Of a DNA stretch of 49,396 bases, positions 20,519-29,258 are shown piece after piece. The stretch is from IMG/VR virus record IMGVR_UViG_3300037762_000210, positions 1 to 49,396 of that record; one strand, written 5' to 3'. Made by a program: the position numbers and the translations under genes. Every line of letters begins with the position of its first letter. Positions within the stretch are counted from its first letter, which is position 1. The notes under the pieces are model-generated. The model saw only the letters and a list, made by a program, of their open reading frames with translations, ran no database searches and was not told the origin of the DNA. Origin of the DNA: a virus. Lineage: Duplodnaviria > Caudoviricetes.

Positions 20519-20945
20519 GTTCGACTACCTGCGCCTCGTCTTCAACGGCGTAGCCATCAGCAGCCTGGCGGCCACCGCCGGGACGACGAGCGTGTGGACG
20601 GGGCTGCACACCGCCGATCCCACCGACGCCTGCTCCACCGCGGCAGAAGGCGGCTACGCCCAGTACACGCGGGTGAAGACCGATCGGTCCTCGGCCGCGT
20701 CCACCGGCTGGGGCATCACCAGCGGCACCAGCAACACCAAGGCCAGCGCCGCGCCAGTCACGAACCTGGATTTTCCTCAAAACGTCTCGACTTCAACCGG
20801 CACGTTCACGCACGGGTCGATGTGGATGAGCTCGGACGCGAGTTCCTCAGGCTGTCTGTACTTCGGCACGCTGAGCCCGAACATCAACTTCAGCCAGAAC
20901 GTCACCCCGAGGATCACCACTGGCAGCTCGATCACCGAGGACTAG
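20493..20945 (+). CDS. Ser/Thr-rich fibre/structural protein, paralog of 14116-14556
   Basis: 150 aa; shares LHTADPTDA, EGGY, DFPQ and an identical PNINFSQNVTPRITTGSS; AAGGAG RBS. Confidence 0.75.
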   Translation: MPGKSDTLEFDYLRLVFNGVAISSLAATAGTTSVWTGLHTADPTDACSTAAEGGYAQYTRVKTDRSSAASTGWGITSGTSNTKASAAPVTNLDFPQNVSTSTGTFTHGSMWMSSDASSSGCLYFGTLSPNINFSQNVTPRITTGSSITED

Positions 20946-20948
20946 GCA

Positions 20949-23192
20949 ATGGCAACTGTAAGCGTGGACCGCCGCCAGGGCGTCAACAGCAGCAACGCTG
21001 TCAAGACGCCGTGCAAGGCCGCGACCACTGCGGCGCTCACGCTCTCGGGCGAGCAGACCGTAGACGGGGTGGCGTGCGTCACCGATGACCGGGTGCTGGT
21101 CAAGGACCAGGCCACCGCCAGCGAGAACGGTATCTACAACGTCGACACCGGCAGTTGGACACGCGCCAAGGATTTCGACGGCACGTTCGACGTCGTGCAG
21201 GGCACCTTGGTTCCGGTCGCGAACGGCACCACGAACGGCGGCCAAGTGTTCCGCATCTCCACCGCGAACCCCATCACGATCGGGACAACGTCGCTCGCGT
21301 TCACCTTCGCGCTGGATGCAGCGACTCTGACCTTTCTGCAGTCCGGTATAGCAGCCGGTAATCAAGTCTCGCGTACCGTTGAGGACAAGATCGGTGAGGC
21401 GCATAGCGTCAAGGACGCGAAGAACACCGGGGGCGTTCAGGTTGCTGGCGATTTCTCGGTTGACGACACGACCGGCATTCAATCTGTTCACGATGGTCAT
21501 CTGAACGTCACGTATCCGGCTGGCAATTACCAGATCAGTGCGGCCATTGAGCTAAGGGCGTGGTCGAAAGTCACTGGAGCGGGGCGCTCTCAGTATCTCA
21601 GTGGTTCCGTACCGTCGTCGTCAAACATTACCGGCACTCGCATCATTCAGACGGCTGCGGCGATTGCGATGCGGAGTGATGCGACCCTTGACGCCGCGAT
21701 CTACGATGGAAATATCAATGTCAGTGATTTGACCGTCCAGGGGCGCAACAACACCACGACAGTGGGCACGTATGGACTGTATTGCCTGGGCGCGCAGTAT
21801 TTTTCCGCCGAGCGTGTTCTAGCGTCGTTCTTCGCCAATTCCGGTATCTATGTCGCGGCGTCGGTTGTTAACCATCTTAACTACTGCTCGGCCACGTACT
21901 GCGAGGAGAACGGCCTTTTCTTAGATCGTCAAGCTGATTATCAGCCCTCGTCTTACAACGCCATTATGACGAACGTCATAGGCGGGACGTACACGCAGAA
22001 CGGGGACGCAAATATAAAGCTCGGAACGGCAACATCCTCTGTAAATCTAATCGGGGTTGATTCGGAGTCTGCTGGAGCGTTCTACCCTTCAGGAGATGGG
22101 TACGGCTTGCACATCACCGGCAGCGCGAACAACGTTAACGTTCTGGGCAGCCATTTCGAGAACAACAAAATTCATATTGTCCTCGGGGCAGATGATAGCG
22201 TCACAACGGTACCGCAAAATATTCGCATCACTGGTAATCGGTTGTGGTCGGTGTCTACCGGGTCTACAAAAATAAGGATCAACGCAGGCCGTGGAATTCG
22301 TATAGAAGACAACGACTTTTTCGGAGGCGGGTCAATCTATCTTGGACCCAGAGCGGATAACCCGATCATTAGCAATAACAGGGGGTATCCAACCGTCACG
22401 AACGTTGACGGCGACAACATCTCATACAACAACATGGAGACTGAGAGCGATTGGCCGGAGCCGGATATATCAGCGTGGACGACATTTAACTGCTCAGTTG
22501 CAGTTGAAGAAGTTGTAAGTCCCGCGGGTAATATCCCGGTTTATAAAATAACGCCAACTGCCGGAAGCCAGATACAGGTCTACTACATCGTCGTCGGTAT
22601 CGCTCCATTTAACGGGCCTCACCATACGTATGGATTCTGGATCAAGTATGGGGCGGCTACGGAAATGACCGTTGGCTGGCAGGTTTTAACTACCGGGGGG
22701 CCAACTGCGTATTCCAACCACAGTACTGAGGGCGTGGACTCAGAACGGTTTTCCGATTCATGGAAATGGGTTTCGTTCGGTAGAAGCATTCCTTCCACTG
22801 ACACAGGGAATTTTAGACTCATTCTAGATTTTCCTGTGACGACAACAGACCCGATCTATATCAGTGCATTCCAGTCAAGACTCGGCATCATCAATGTTCC
22901 GTTTCACCCCATTGACCTAGGGATAGCCACTCTAGCTAATTCGGCCACGCCGAGTGTCTTCGCCATGAAGACGGCATTGACGGGCGGAACAACCACGATC
23001 ACTGACTTGATTGACGGCGCGCTCGGCCAGGAATTGACGATCATCGCGGAGCACACCATCACGATCACAGACGGCACCAACATCTTCCTGTCCGGGTCTA
23101 CCAACTTCGTCATGGCCGCGACCGACACGCTGACTCTGATCCGCAAGGCAGATGGGAACTGGTACGAGATCGGCCGGAGCGACAACACGTGA
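20949..23192 (+). CDS. Tailspike / receptor-binding protein with right-handed beta-helix (polysaccharide depolymerase-like)
   Basis: 747 aa; anchor N-domain as in 18631; SVKD...GDFSVDDTTGIQ...YPAGNY pectate_lyase_3-like start; N/G/I-rich beta-helix; central part visibly AT-richer. Confidence 0.75.
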   Translation: MATVSVDRRQGVNSSNAVKTPCKAATTAALTLSGEQTVDGVACVTDDRVLVKDQATASENGIYNVDTGSWTRAKDFDGTFDVVQGTLVPVANGTTNGGQVFRISTANPITIGTTSLAFTFALDAATLTFLQSGIAAGNQVSRTVEDKIGEAHSVKDAKNTGGVQVAGDFSVDDTTGIQSVHDGHLNVTYPAGNYQISAAIELRAWSKVTGAGRSQYLSGSVPSSSNITGTRIIQTAAAIAMRSDATLDAAIYDGNINVSDLTVQGRNNTTTVGTYGLYCLGAQYFSAERVLASFFANSGIYVAASVVNHLNYCSATYCEENGLFLDRQADYQPSSYNAIMTNVIGGTYTQNGDANIKLGTATSSVNLIGVDSESAGAFYPSGDGYGLHITGSANNVNVLGSHFENNKIHIVLGADDSVTTVPQNIRITGNRLWSVSTGSTKIRINAGRGIRIEDNDFFGGGSIYLGPRADNPIISNNRGYPTVTNVDGDNISYNNMETESDWPEPDISAWTTFNCSVAVEEVVSPAGNIPVYKITPTAGSQIQVYYIVVGIAPFNGPHHTYGFWIKYGAATEMTVGWQVLTTGGPTAYSNHSTEGVDSERFSDSWKWVSFGRSIPSTDTGNFRLILDFPVTTTDPIYISAFQSRLGIINVPFHPIDLGIATLANSATPSVFAMKTALTGGTTTITDLIDGALGQELTIIAEHTITITDGTNIFLSGSTNFVMAATDTLTLIRKADGNWYEIGRSDNT

Positions 23193-23238
23193 TCCGCCAG
23201 CTGAACAACTGCAACACGCTAGAGGAGAAAGGACACCC

Positions 23239-23754
23239 ATGACTTTCCGCCCGAATGACACCCAGTACGTGAAGCGCGTGGCGAGGATCCGCTCGCGCCA
23301 CATGATCCCGATGGAGATGCTCGCCTTCCTCACGCTCCTAGTCGCCGGCATGAGCGGGGCCTTCGTCGAAGGCTACCTGCACCGCGTGCTCGCGATCGAG
23401 AGCAAGGCGCTCGAGTGGGGCCTCGCGCTGATGCCGATCGCGGGCGCAGGCCTCATCGTCTCGGCCGCCGAGTGGTGGATCGGCCATGCCTGGGAGAACG
23501 GCATGCTGCGCGGCTCGATCTGGGTCCGAATGTGGCTCTCGGGGCTCGCCGCAGTGATGTGGATCTACACCCTCTACGTGATGGCCTCGCTACCCAGCGG
23601 CCCAGTGACCAGCATGGTGATCTCGGCCTGCTTCGTGAGCCCGTTTCACATCTGGAGCTGGTGGGTCAACTACCGGGTGCACTGCGCCCTCGACCCGAAG
23701 CTGAAAACCGAGAAACTGGGACGGCGCCTTGAAACGACTCGCGATCGCTGGTAG
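23239..23754 (+). CDS. Multi-pass membrane protein preceding the lysis genes
   Basis: AGAGGAG RBS; about four hydrophobic segments. Confidence 0.6.
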   Translation: MTFRPNDTQYVKRVARIRSRHMIPMEMLAFLTLLVAGMSGAFVEGYLHRVLAIESKALEWGLALMPIAGAGLIVSAAEWWIGHAWENGMLRGSIWVRMWLSGLAAVMWIYTLYVMASLPSGPVTSMVISACFVSPFHIWSWWVNYRVHCALDPKLKTEKLGRRLETTRDRW

Positions 23755-24175
23755 CAACTGGGCCTGCGCGTCCTTTCCGCTCGTCGCGCTCGCGGCCGAG
23801 CAGTCGATCCTGCGCACCGACCCGCAACTCCTGCCCTGGTTCACTTGGGCGTGGGTCTTCGGCCTGTCGCTTGGGGGCTGGTTCGCCTCGAGCGCACCCA
23901 CTTTGGCGGGCTGGATCGATCCCAAGAGCGGCGACGGGGATGGTGAGCACCGGCGCGAGCTCTGGGCGCGCCGCTGGACGATTGTCGGACGGCTGGCCGC
24001 GTGCCTCGTCGCCGGGTTCGCGTGCTTTTTCGGGGGCCTTCTGATGGGCACACCGATGGTCGCCAACTTCCTCGCCGTGCTTTTTGCGAGCTACGGCGGG
24101 GACAAGTACCTGCAGATGCAGGCCGAGCGCGTGGCCGCACGCGCCCCGCCCGGACAACCAGGAGGAGACACCTGA
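23729..24175 (+). CDS. Putative holin
   Basis: Several TM segments and a C-terminal ASYGGDK motif; directly upstream of the endolysin-like gene; start codon uncertain. Confidence 0.55.
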   Translation: MKRLAIAGSNWACASFPLVALAAEQSILRTDPQLLPWFTWAWVFGLSLGGWFASSAPTLAGWIDPKSGDGDGEHRRELWARRWTIVGRLAACLVAGFACFFGGLLMGTPMVANFLAVLFASYGGDKYLQMQAERVAARAPPGQPGGDT

Positions 24176-24672
24176 TGGAGCTGAAACTCAAGCGCGACGA
24201 GTGGGGACGGATCGACACCCCTGGCACGTTCACCGTGAACGGCGTCTACCAGTGCCGTACGCTCGAAGACCCCGTGCGGGAGGACGCCTTCCGTCCGGTC
24301 ACCGAGTGGAAGATCAAGCACCGCACCGCGATCCCGGCCGGGCGCTTCGAACTCGCGCTCGAGGACTCCCCGAAGTACGGCCCAGACACGCTCACCATCC
24401 GCGGCGTGCCTGGCTTCGACTACATCCGCATCCACGCCGGCAACGATGAGGACGACACGAGCGGCTGCCCGCTCACCGGCGCGCGGCTCGAGCGCGAGGC
24501 CGACGGCAGCTGGCGAGTGGTGGGCGGCACGAGCGGCCCAGCGCTCGCCGCGCTGAAGGCGAAGGTGGTCCCGGCGATGAAGGCGGGCGAGCCCGGCTGG
24601 ATCACGATCGAGAACCCGGATGAGTGGATCCTCGCTGGCGGGCACCGCCGGTCCCCGGAGCGCGCGGCATGA
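24175..24672 (+). CDS. DUF5675-like protein, putative endolysin
   Basis: TLED...AIPAGRF...VPGFDYIRIHAGN...DTSGCPL.G motif; located between holin and spanins; AGGAGG RBS. Confidence 0.75.
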   Translation: MELKLKRDEWGRIDTPGTFTVNGVYQCRTLEDPVREDAFRPVTEWKIKHRTAIPAGRFELALEDSPKYGPDTLTIRGVPGFDYIRIHAGNDEDDTSGCPLTGARLEREADGSWRVVGGTSGPALAALKAKVVPAMKAGEPGWITIENPDEWILAGGHRRSPERAA

Positions 24673-25046
24673 ACCCCTACCTGATCGGCGGGGCGGCCGC
24701 CGTTGCGCTCGCCGCCGGCGTGGCCCTATGGTGGCAGCAGGGCCAGATCGAGGACCTGCAGGAGCGGGGGGTCCAACTCGAACGGGCGAAGGCCGCCGAG
24801 ACGCAGGCCCGCACCCAGTGGCAGGAGCAGGCCAAGGCTTGCAGCCGCGCCACGGCGACGCTGAAGGCCCAAGGCGCAGCCCAGCGCCGCGCCTACGAGG
24901 CTAGTCTGCAGCAGGCCCTAGCCGGCCGTGTGGCCGCCCAGGCCCAAGCACGGGCCATCCTGATGGCCGAGCGACCTGCCGGCCTGGACGAGTGCGCCGC
25001 AGCGCGCGCGGAGCTCGACGCCGAGGTCGACCGGAGGCATCCATGA
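24669..25046 (+). CDS. i-spanin (Rz-like)
   Basis: N-terminal TM helix followed by a coiled coil with Cys residues; follows the endolysin. Confidence 0.7.
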   Translation: MNPYLIGGAAAVALAAGVALWWQQGQIEDLQERGVQLERAKAAETQARTQWQEQAKACSRATATLKAQGAAQRRAYEASLQQALAGRVAAQAQARAILMAERPAGLDECAAARAELDAEVDRRHP

Positions 25047-25327
25047 TGCACCGCAGCGTACTCCTCACCATGCTCCTCGCCGGCTGCGCGGCGCCCGAGC
25101 CAAGGCCGCCCGTGCCCGTCGAGATCCAAGTACCCGTGGCCGTGCCCTGCCAGATCGAGGTCCCGAGCTGCCCGGCGCCCGCCTACGACGAGGCGACCAA
25201 GGACCAGGCGATGGACCTGCGCCTGAAGCTCCTGCGCGCCGAGGCGATCGAGCAGGCCGAGTGCCTCGCGCGCACCCGCGGCGCGCTCGAGGCCTGCAGG
25301 GCGGGTGCAGGGACACCCGCGCCCTGA
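25043..25327 (+). CDS. o-spanin (Rz1-like lipoprotein)
   Basis: Lipobox LLAGC, Pro-rich PVAVPC segment and terminal ALEAC. Confidence 0.8.
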   Translation: MMHRSVLLTMLLAGCAAPEPRPPVPVEIQVPVAVPCQIEVPSCPAPAYDEATKDQAMDLRLKLLRAEAIEQAECLARTRGALEACRAGAGTPAP

Positions 25328-25554
25328 AGCGCACGAACATGGGTTAAGAGCCCGAGATTTCCGCCGATTTACGTTGCCAGCCTGCCCGGCAGTTTTCGCA
25401 ACTCGCGACCCATGACGAACCAGGGGGAAGCCGCTCGGAGCGATCTCGGGAGTTCGCCAGCATGGAGTTGGCAGGCTCCCCGCAATGCGTCGATTCTATG
25501 CGCCCGCGGCCGCCGGAGCTCCCGCAAGGTGAGCCAAGGCTTGCGTAATGGGGG

Positions 25555-25686
25555 CTAGTCTTCTGCGCCGTCAGCGAGACACTTGGCTTTCCGCTTTATC
25601 CACCGCGCAGCAAATATCGCCCAAACGATGATACCGACAAAGCCGAGGGTGCCAACAAGGAGGCTTATCGTGGTCCCAGTGCTCAC
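25555..25686 (-). CDS. Small single-TM protein (43 aa, not in the ORF track)
   Basis: GTGA overlap with the upstream gene; MSTGTTISLLVGTLGFVGIIVWAIFAARWIKRKAKCLADGAED, a TM helix followed by a basic patch. Confidence 0.45.
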   Translation of the reverse strand: MSTGTTISLLVGTLGFVGIIVWAIFAARWIKRKAKCLADGAED

Positions 25687-26201
25687 AGCGCCAGCACGGC
25701 AACAGGCCCAAGCCAGGAGCGACCGAGCGCGCGCCCCTTCTTCGTTCCTCTCCGTGGCCCGGGCTTGCTCCCGCGGGCGCGGCGCGCCGCCACCCCGAGC
25801 ATCGCGATCTCCCGAAGCCGCTTAGGCGAAAGCGCGCGGGCACGCGCGAAGCCCGCCTTCCTCGAGCGCTCGAAGCGCACCAGCGCCGGCGGCAACCGGC
25901 GCACGGGCGTCTTCTGCCACCCCGCGCTGGCGAGAGCCGCATGATCGGTATGGGCCCGGGCGCACTGGATCGAGCAGTAGTGCGTCTTCGCCCGGCGCAC
26001 GGCGGCTGCGCGACGCGGGAAAACGAGCCCACACCCAGCGCAGGTGCACTGGATCATCGTCTTCCCGGCGAGCACGGCGCCCTGGCAGGGGTGGCCGCAG
26101 AACTGGCGCTTATGCCGACGCAGTTCCCGAAGCGCACGCATGAATCTCACTCCACAGGCCGGGTTGCTGCAGACCCCTTCGCCCAGCCGACCGCCGCTCA
26201 T
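25683..26201 (-). CDS. Basic zinc-finger protein
   Basis: ATG at 26201 overlaps the upstream stop; two C..C...[FY]C...C treble-clef-like repeats; basic C-terminus. Confidence 0.6.
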   Translation of the reverse strand: MSGGRLGEGVCSNPACGVRFMRALRELRRHKRQFCGHPCQGAVLAGKTMIQCTCAGCGLVFPRRAAAVRRAKTHYCSIQCARAHTDHAALASAGWQKTPVRRLPPALVRFERSRKAGFARARALSPKRLREIAMLGVAARRARGSKPGPRRGTKKGRALGRSWLGPVAVLAL

Positions 26202-26515
26202 GACGCCGGCCCAACCTGCGAGGCGACGAGCTTCTCCGCCTCCTCCACCATCGCCTGCAGGTGCCGGTGCGCGATCGAGTGCTTCACCCCCAGCCCCGAG
26301 AGCACCGTGTGCTCGGCCTCGGCGCGCACCAGGCGCGCGCGCACCGCGCCCATCATGGCGAGCTCGCGGGCGGCGAGCGCCTCGGTGAGCTTGCCCTGCG
26401 CCACCCAGCGCGGGTAGACCTGCCGGCGCATCTTCAGTTCCCGGTCCACGCAAGCGACCAGATCGGAAAGCGGCGCCATCGCAGCCCCGCCACAGAGATC
26501 GAGCACGTCGCCCAT
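26198..26515 (-). CDS. Hypothetical phage protein
   Basis: ACVDRELKMRRQVYPRWVAQGKL motif typical of small phage early proteins. Confidence 0.65.
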   Translation of the reverse strand: MGDVLDLCGGAAMAPLSDLVACVDRELKMRRQVYPRWVAQGKLTEALAARELAMMGAVRARLVRAEAEHTVLSGLGVKHSIAHRHLQAMVEEAEKLVASQVGPAS

Positions 26516-26518
26516 GGG

Positions 26519-27037
26519 CTACTCCGCTGACTCGGGCGGCGTATCGGGCGCGTCGTTCGGGCGCACCGAGACCTTGATCTGCTTTTGCTGCAGAAGCAGG
26601 GGCACCGCCCCGAGCTGCTCCTCGAGGGGCTCGAACTGCACCCTGAAGGTAAGCTCGACCGTGCCTCCCTCCTTAGGCACGAGGCGAATCTTGTCGACGT
26701 CACCGTCGATCGTCACTTCGTCCTTCTTGCGGGCACCGTGCAGGAGCACCCGGGCGATCGGCATTTTGCCCTCCCAAGGAATCACGCCCATCGAGGGAAA
26801 GCGCAGCACCGGCAGGTGCGTGCCATCGTCGAGGAGCGGCGCCTGCTGGCTCGAGCCCTCGCCCTCTGCCCGGTAGAGTGCGGCCTTCAACGTCGGCTCG
26901 AGCTGGGAGAGAAAGTCGTTCCCGACGTCCGCAGTGAGTTTCAGGTCGAAGCGCAGCACCGGCTCATCGCCGTGCATCTCCTCGCCCAGGTTCACGTGCG
27001 CGAGCGTAGCGGGGACCTTCTGAAGCGTGAACTGCAT
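26519..27037 (-). CDS. Hypothetical phage protein
   Basis: ATG at 27037 with GAGGAGG RBS; PKEGGTVELTFRVQ motif. Confidence 0.7.
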   Translation of the reverse strand: MQFTLQKVPATLAHVNLGEEMHGDEPVLRFDLKLTADVGNDFLSQLEPTLKAALYRAEGEGSSQQAPLLDDGTHLPVLRFPSMGVIPWEGKMPIARVLLHGARKKDEVTIDGDVDKIRLVPKEGGTVELTFRVQFEPLEEQLGAVPLLLQQKQIKVSVRPNDAPDTPPESAE

Positions 27038-27054
27038 GGAAACCTCCTCCTCGG

Positions 27055-27768
27055 TTAAAACGGAATATCGTCCGCCATGTCGTCGAACTTCGAGCGACCG
27101 AGCGCGGGGCGCGTCGCAGACGTTGCGGCGCCAGCGAACGGCACGTCGTCGTCCGCGGGCGCGAGTGCGCTGGGCGCCGCCCCGCCGTTCCCAGCGCGCG
27201 GCTGGTGCCCGTTCACGGCGAGCTGCCATTCTTCCGAGCCCTTCACGTACTCCTGCATACCCTGCGAGAGCGTCTCGAAGACCGCAGGCGAATACGGGTC
27301 GAACCCGAAGACGATCACCGCTGTCAGCGCCGACGGGCAGTCCATGCCCGCAGGCAGCGGCATCACGCTCGCCACGTTGGCGTACTTGCCATCGGCCGAG
27401 TGCACCACGTTGATGAGCGCCGGGCGCCCGATCAGCTTCTCCAGGTCGAACCCGCCCGCCTCGTCCAGGGCCTTCTCGTCAAAATGCTTGCCGTACCAGG
27501 ACTCGAGATCGGCGCGCAGGTTCGCTTTTTCGTTGTGCGAGAGCGTGTAGCGCTTGCCAACCAGGTGCGGGTCGATCGCCTCGCCAGGCCGGCCCTCTCC
27601 GCGCTGGGTCTTCGGGAGCTCCCAGAAGATCCACGCCTGGCGCCGGCGCTTGCCAAAGGTCGGGTCGACACGGGTGCCGCAATCGATCGCCCTGCAGCAG
27701 CGCGCGACGTGCACGCCAGCGGGGCAGAGCTCGAACCCGCTCGCATTGTTGGTGGTCCTGATGGCCAT
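27055..27768 (-). CDS. Phage single-stranded DNA-binding protein (OB-fold)
   Basis: PAGVHVARC..ID.GT, YTLSHNEKANLR and acidic C-terminal DDIPF tip. Confidence 0.75.
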   Translation of the reverse strand: MAIRTTNNASGFELCPAGVHVARCCRAIDCGTRVDPTFGKRRRQAWIFWELPKTQRGEGRPGEAIDPHLVGKRYTLSHNEKANLRADLESWYGKHFDEKALDEAGGFDLEKLIGRPALINVVHSADGKYANVASVMPLPAGMDCPSALTAVIVFGFDPYSPAVFETLSQGMQEYVKGSEEWQLAVNGHQPRAGNGGAAPSALAPADDDVPFAGAATSATRPALGRSKFDDMADDIPF

Positions 27769-27771
27769 GGC

Positions 27772-27981
27772 CTACTCCTCCCTCGTCGCGCTCGCCGCCG
27801 CGGGCGGCACCGTCTGCGCCTCGAGCCGCATGCGCAGCGCACGCAAGTCGCGCTCGTCCCTGAGCAGCCGATCGCGGCGCGGGGTACTGCCCTCGCCGCG
27901 CTCCTCGGCTTCGATCTCGTCGCGCAAGTGCTTCCCAACCCGCACGAGCAGGTTCCGGTCTTCCTTCGTGAACTCAGGCAT
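27772..27981 (-). CDS. Hypothetical protein
   Basis: 69 aa, packed within the leftward operon. Confidence 0.55.
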   Translation of the reverse strand: MPEFTKEDRNLLVRVGKHLRDEIEAEERGEGSTPRRDRLLRDERDLRALRMRLEAQTVPPAAASATREE

Positions 27982-28269
27982 CTACCCCTCCAGCATTCGT
28001 TCGGCCCGCTCGCGCAGGCGTGGCAAGAGCGGCTCGAGATCAGACCGCTCCAAGTTCTCATACACCTCTCCGTCGACGTCGACCGCCATCGCGGTGACGA
28101 ACTGCGGCCGCAAGATCCCCACCTCTGGGTCTGGCGGTGCGAACCATGCAAGGACGGCACAGGGCCGCCCGCGCAGCAACGCGGTGATCTCCACCCGTGC
28201 ACCGTGCACGGTGGGCGCAGCACCAGGGACGCTACTTGGCATGACGGCCACTCCTCCGAAGATCAGCAT
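27982..28269 (-). CDS. Hypothetical protein
   Basis: WFAPPDPEVGI motif; abuts its neighbours; start uncertain. Confidence 0.55.
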   Translation of the reverse strand: MLIFGGVAVMPSSVPGAAPTVHGARVEITALLRGRPCAVLAWFAPPDPEVGILRPQFVTAMAVDVDGEVYENLERSDLEPLLPRLRERAERMLEG

Positions 28270-28660
28270 TCACGCACACCCACGGCCGCTGCCCAGTCAC
28301 CGGGTGCGCCTCGTGGGGCATGCGCCCGTCGCCCCACTGGTGGATCCACTGCGCCGCGGGCGCGCGGCAGGCGAGCGGGAAGACCCAGACCATCCGGTGC
28401 AACTCGCGCGGGTCGCCGGCGAATAGGTCTGTGGGGGACCCATCCGCCGGCGCCCGCCGAGCGCCCTCCTCCTCCACGATCGCGGCCGTCACGCGCGCGG
28501 CCTCGAGATCCAGCGGCCCGAAGACGGTGAGCCAGAGCGCGAGGAGCGCCGCCGCCGCCATCCATGCGTACTCCCGCCGGCGCGGCCAGTTCTTCTGCAC
28601 GTGGCGCAGGTCGTCGGGGAGCATGCGCCGCTCCTCGTAAGGCGCGCTCGATCGGCTCAT
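28232..28660 (-). CDS. Hypothetical membrane-anchored protein
   Basis: Hydrophobic AWMAAAALLALWLTVF segment; ATGA overlap. Confidence 0.5.
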   Translation of the reverse strand: MSRSSAPYEERRMLPDDLRHVQKNWPRRREYAWMAAAALLALWLTVFGPLDLEAARVTAAIVEEEGARRAPADGSPTDLFAGDPRELHRMVWVFPLACRAPAAQWIHQWGDGRMPHEAHPVTGQRPWVCVNADLRRSGRHAK

Positions 28661-29028
28661 ACCAGCCCGCCGGGGGCCATGTCGCGCGCCGGCCGGTAGT
28701 CCATGAAGCGCCCCTGGGCGTGCACGAGCTCGTCCCAGTTGCCCATCGAATCCCGGTAGATCACCCGGAACCCATGGTACTGGGCGTGGAGCGCCTGGAC
28801 CACGGCCTCGGCATCGTTCGTCACCGAGCGCGCGCCGAGGGTGTCGAGGTCCACGATCCAGACGATGCAGCGCGCATCGTCCACCCTCACCACCTCGTAG
28901 GCCGAGGCCGGGGCGAGCTGGCGATCACGGACCCCAGCCTGAGAGCGGGCAAAGCACACCGGCCCCATGCCGTGCTGGACCGAGGCCGGATTCTTCAACT
29001 GGCGCTTGCAGCGGGCGCAGGCGGTCAT
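28657..29028 (-). CDS. DUF6011-like zinc-ribbon protein
   Basis: CARCKRQL...S...GMGPVC N-domain followed by an SVTNDAE...IYRDSMGNWDE domain. Confidence 0.65.
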   Translation of the reverse strand: MTACARCKRQLKNPASVQHGMGPVCFARSQAGVRDRQLAPASAYEVVRVDDARCIVWIVDLDTLGARSVTNDAEAVVQALHAQYHGFRVIYRDSMGNWDELVHAQGRFMDYRPARDMAPGGLV

Positions 29029-29030
29029 GG

Positions 29031-29213
29031 CTACTCCACCACCCGCACTTCGAAGGTGTCGCCGGGCCTCACGATGTTTTTCCCGATCAACGCGACGAGC
29101 GCCCGCGCGATGACGTAATCGGAGCCGGGCTTCATCTCGTCGTACTTCACGACGCGGCTGTCCAGCTCGCCGCCCATTCCATTCCAGGTGATTTTCACTT
29201 TAGTGGTGGCCAT
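29031..29213 (-). CDS. Hypothetical protein, first gene of the leftward operon
   Basis: 60 aa; GGAG RBS; ends VRPGDTFEV. Confidence 0.6.
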   Translation of the reverse strand: MATTKVKITWNGMGGELDSRVVKYDEMKPGSDYVIARALVALIGKNIVRPGDTFEVRVVE

Positions 29214-29258
29214 CGGTATCTCCAGGTTCTACGCCGCAGGATGCGGCGCCACGAACCG

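Noticed and set aside
14488-20945. Diversity-generating retroelement TR/VR pair (suggested by BPP-1-like architecture and repeats at gene 3' ends)
   Set aside because: No reverse transcriptase or Avd in the window; both copies are coding, and the differences are mostly synonymous and not restricted to adenines.
25538-25565. dif/XerCD-like site (GCTTGCGTAA...)
   Set aside because: Only a loose XerC-like half; no TTATGTTAAA-like XerD arm.
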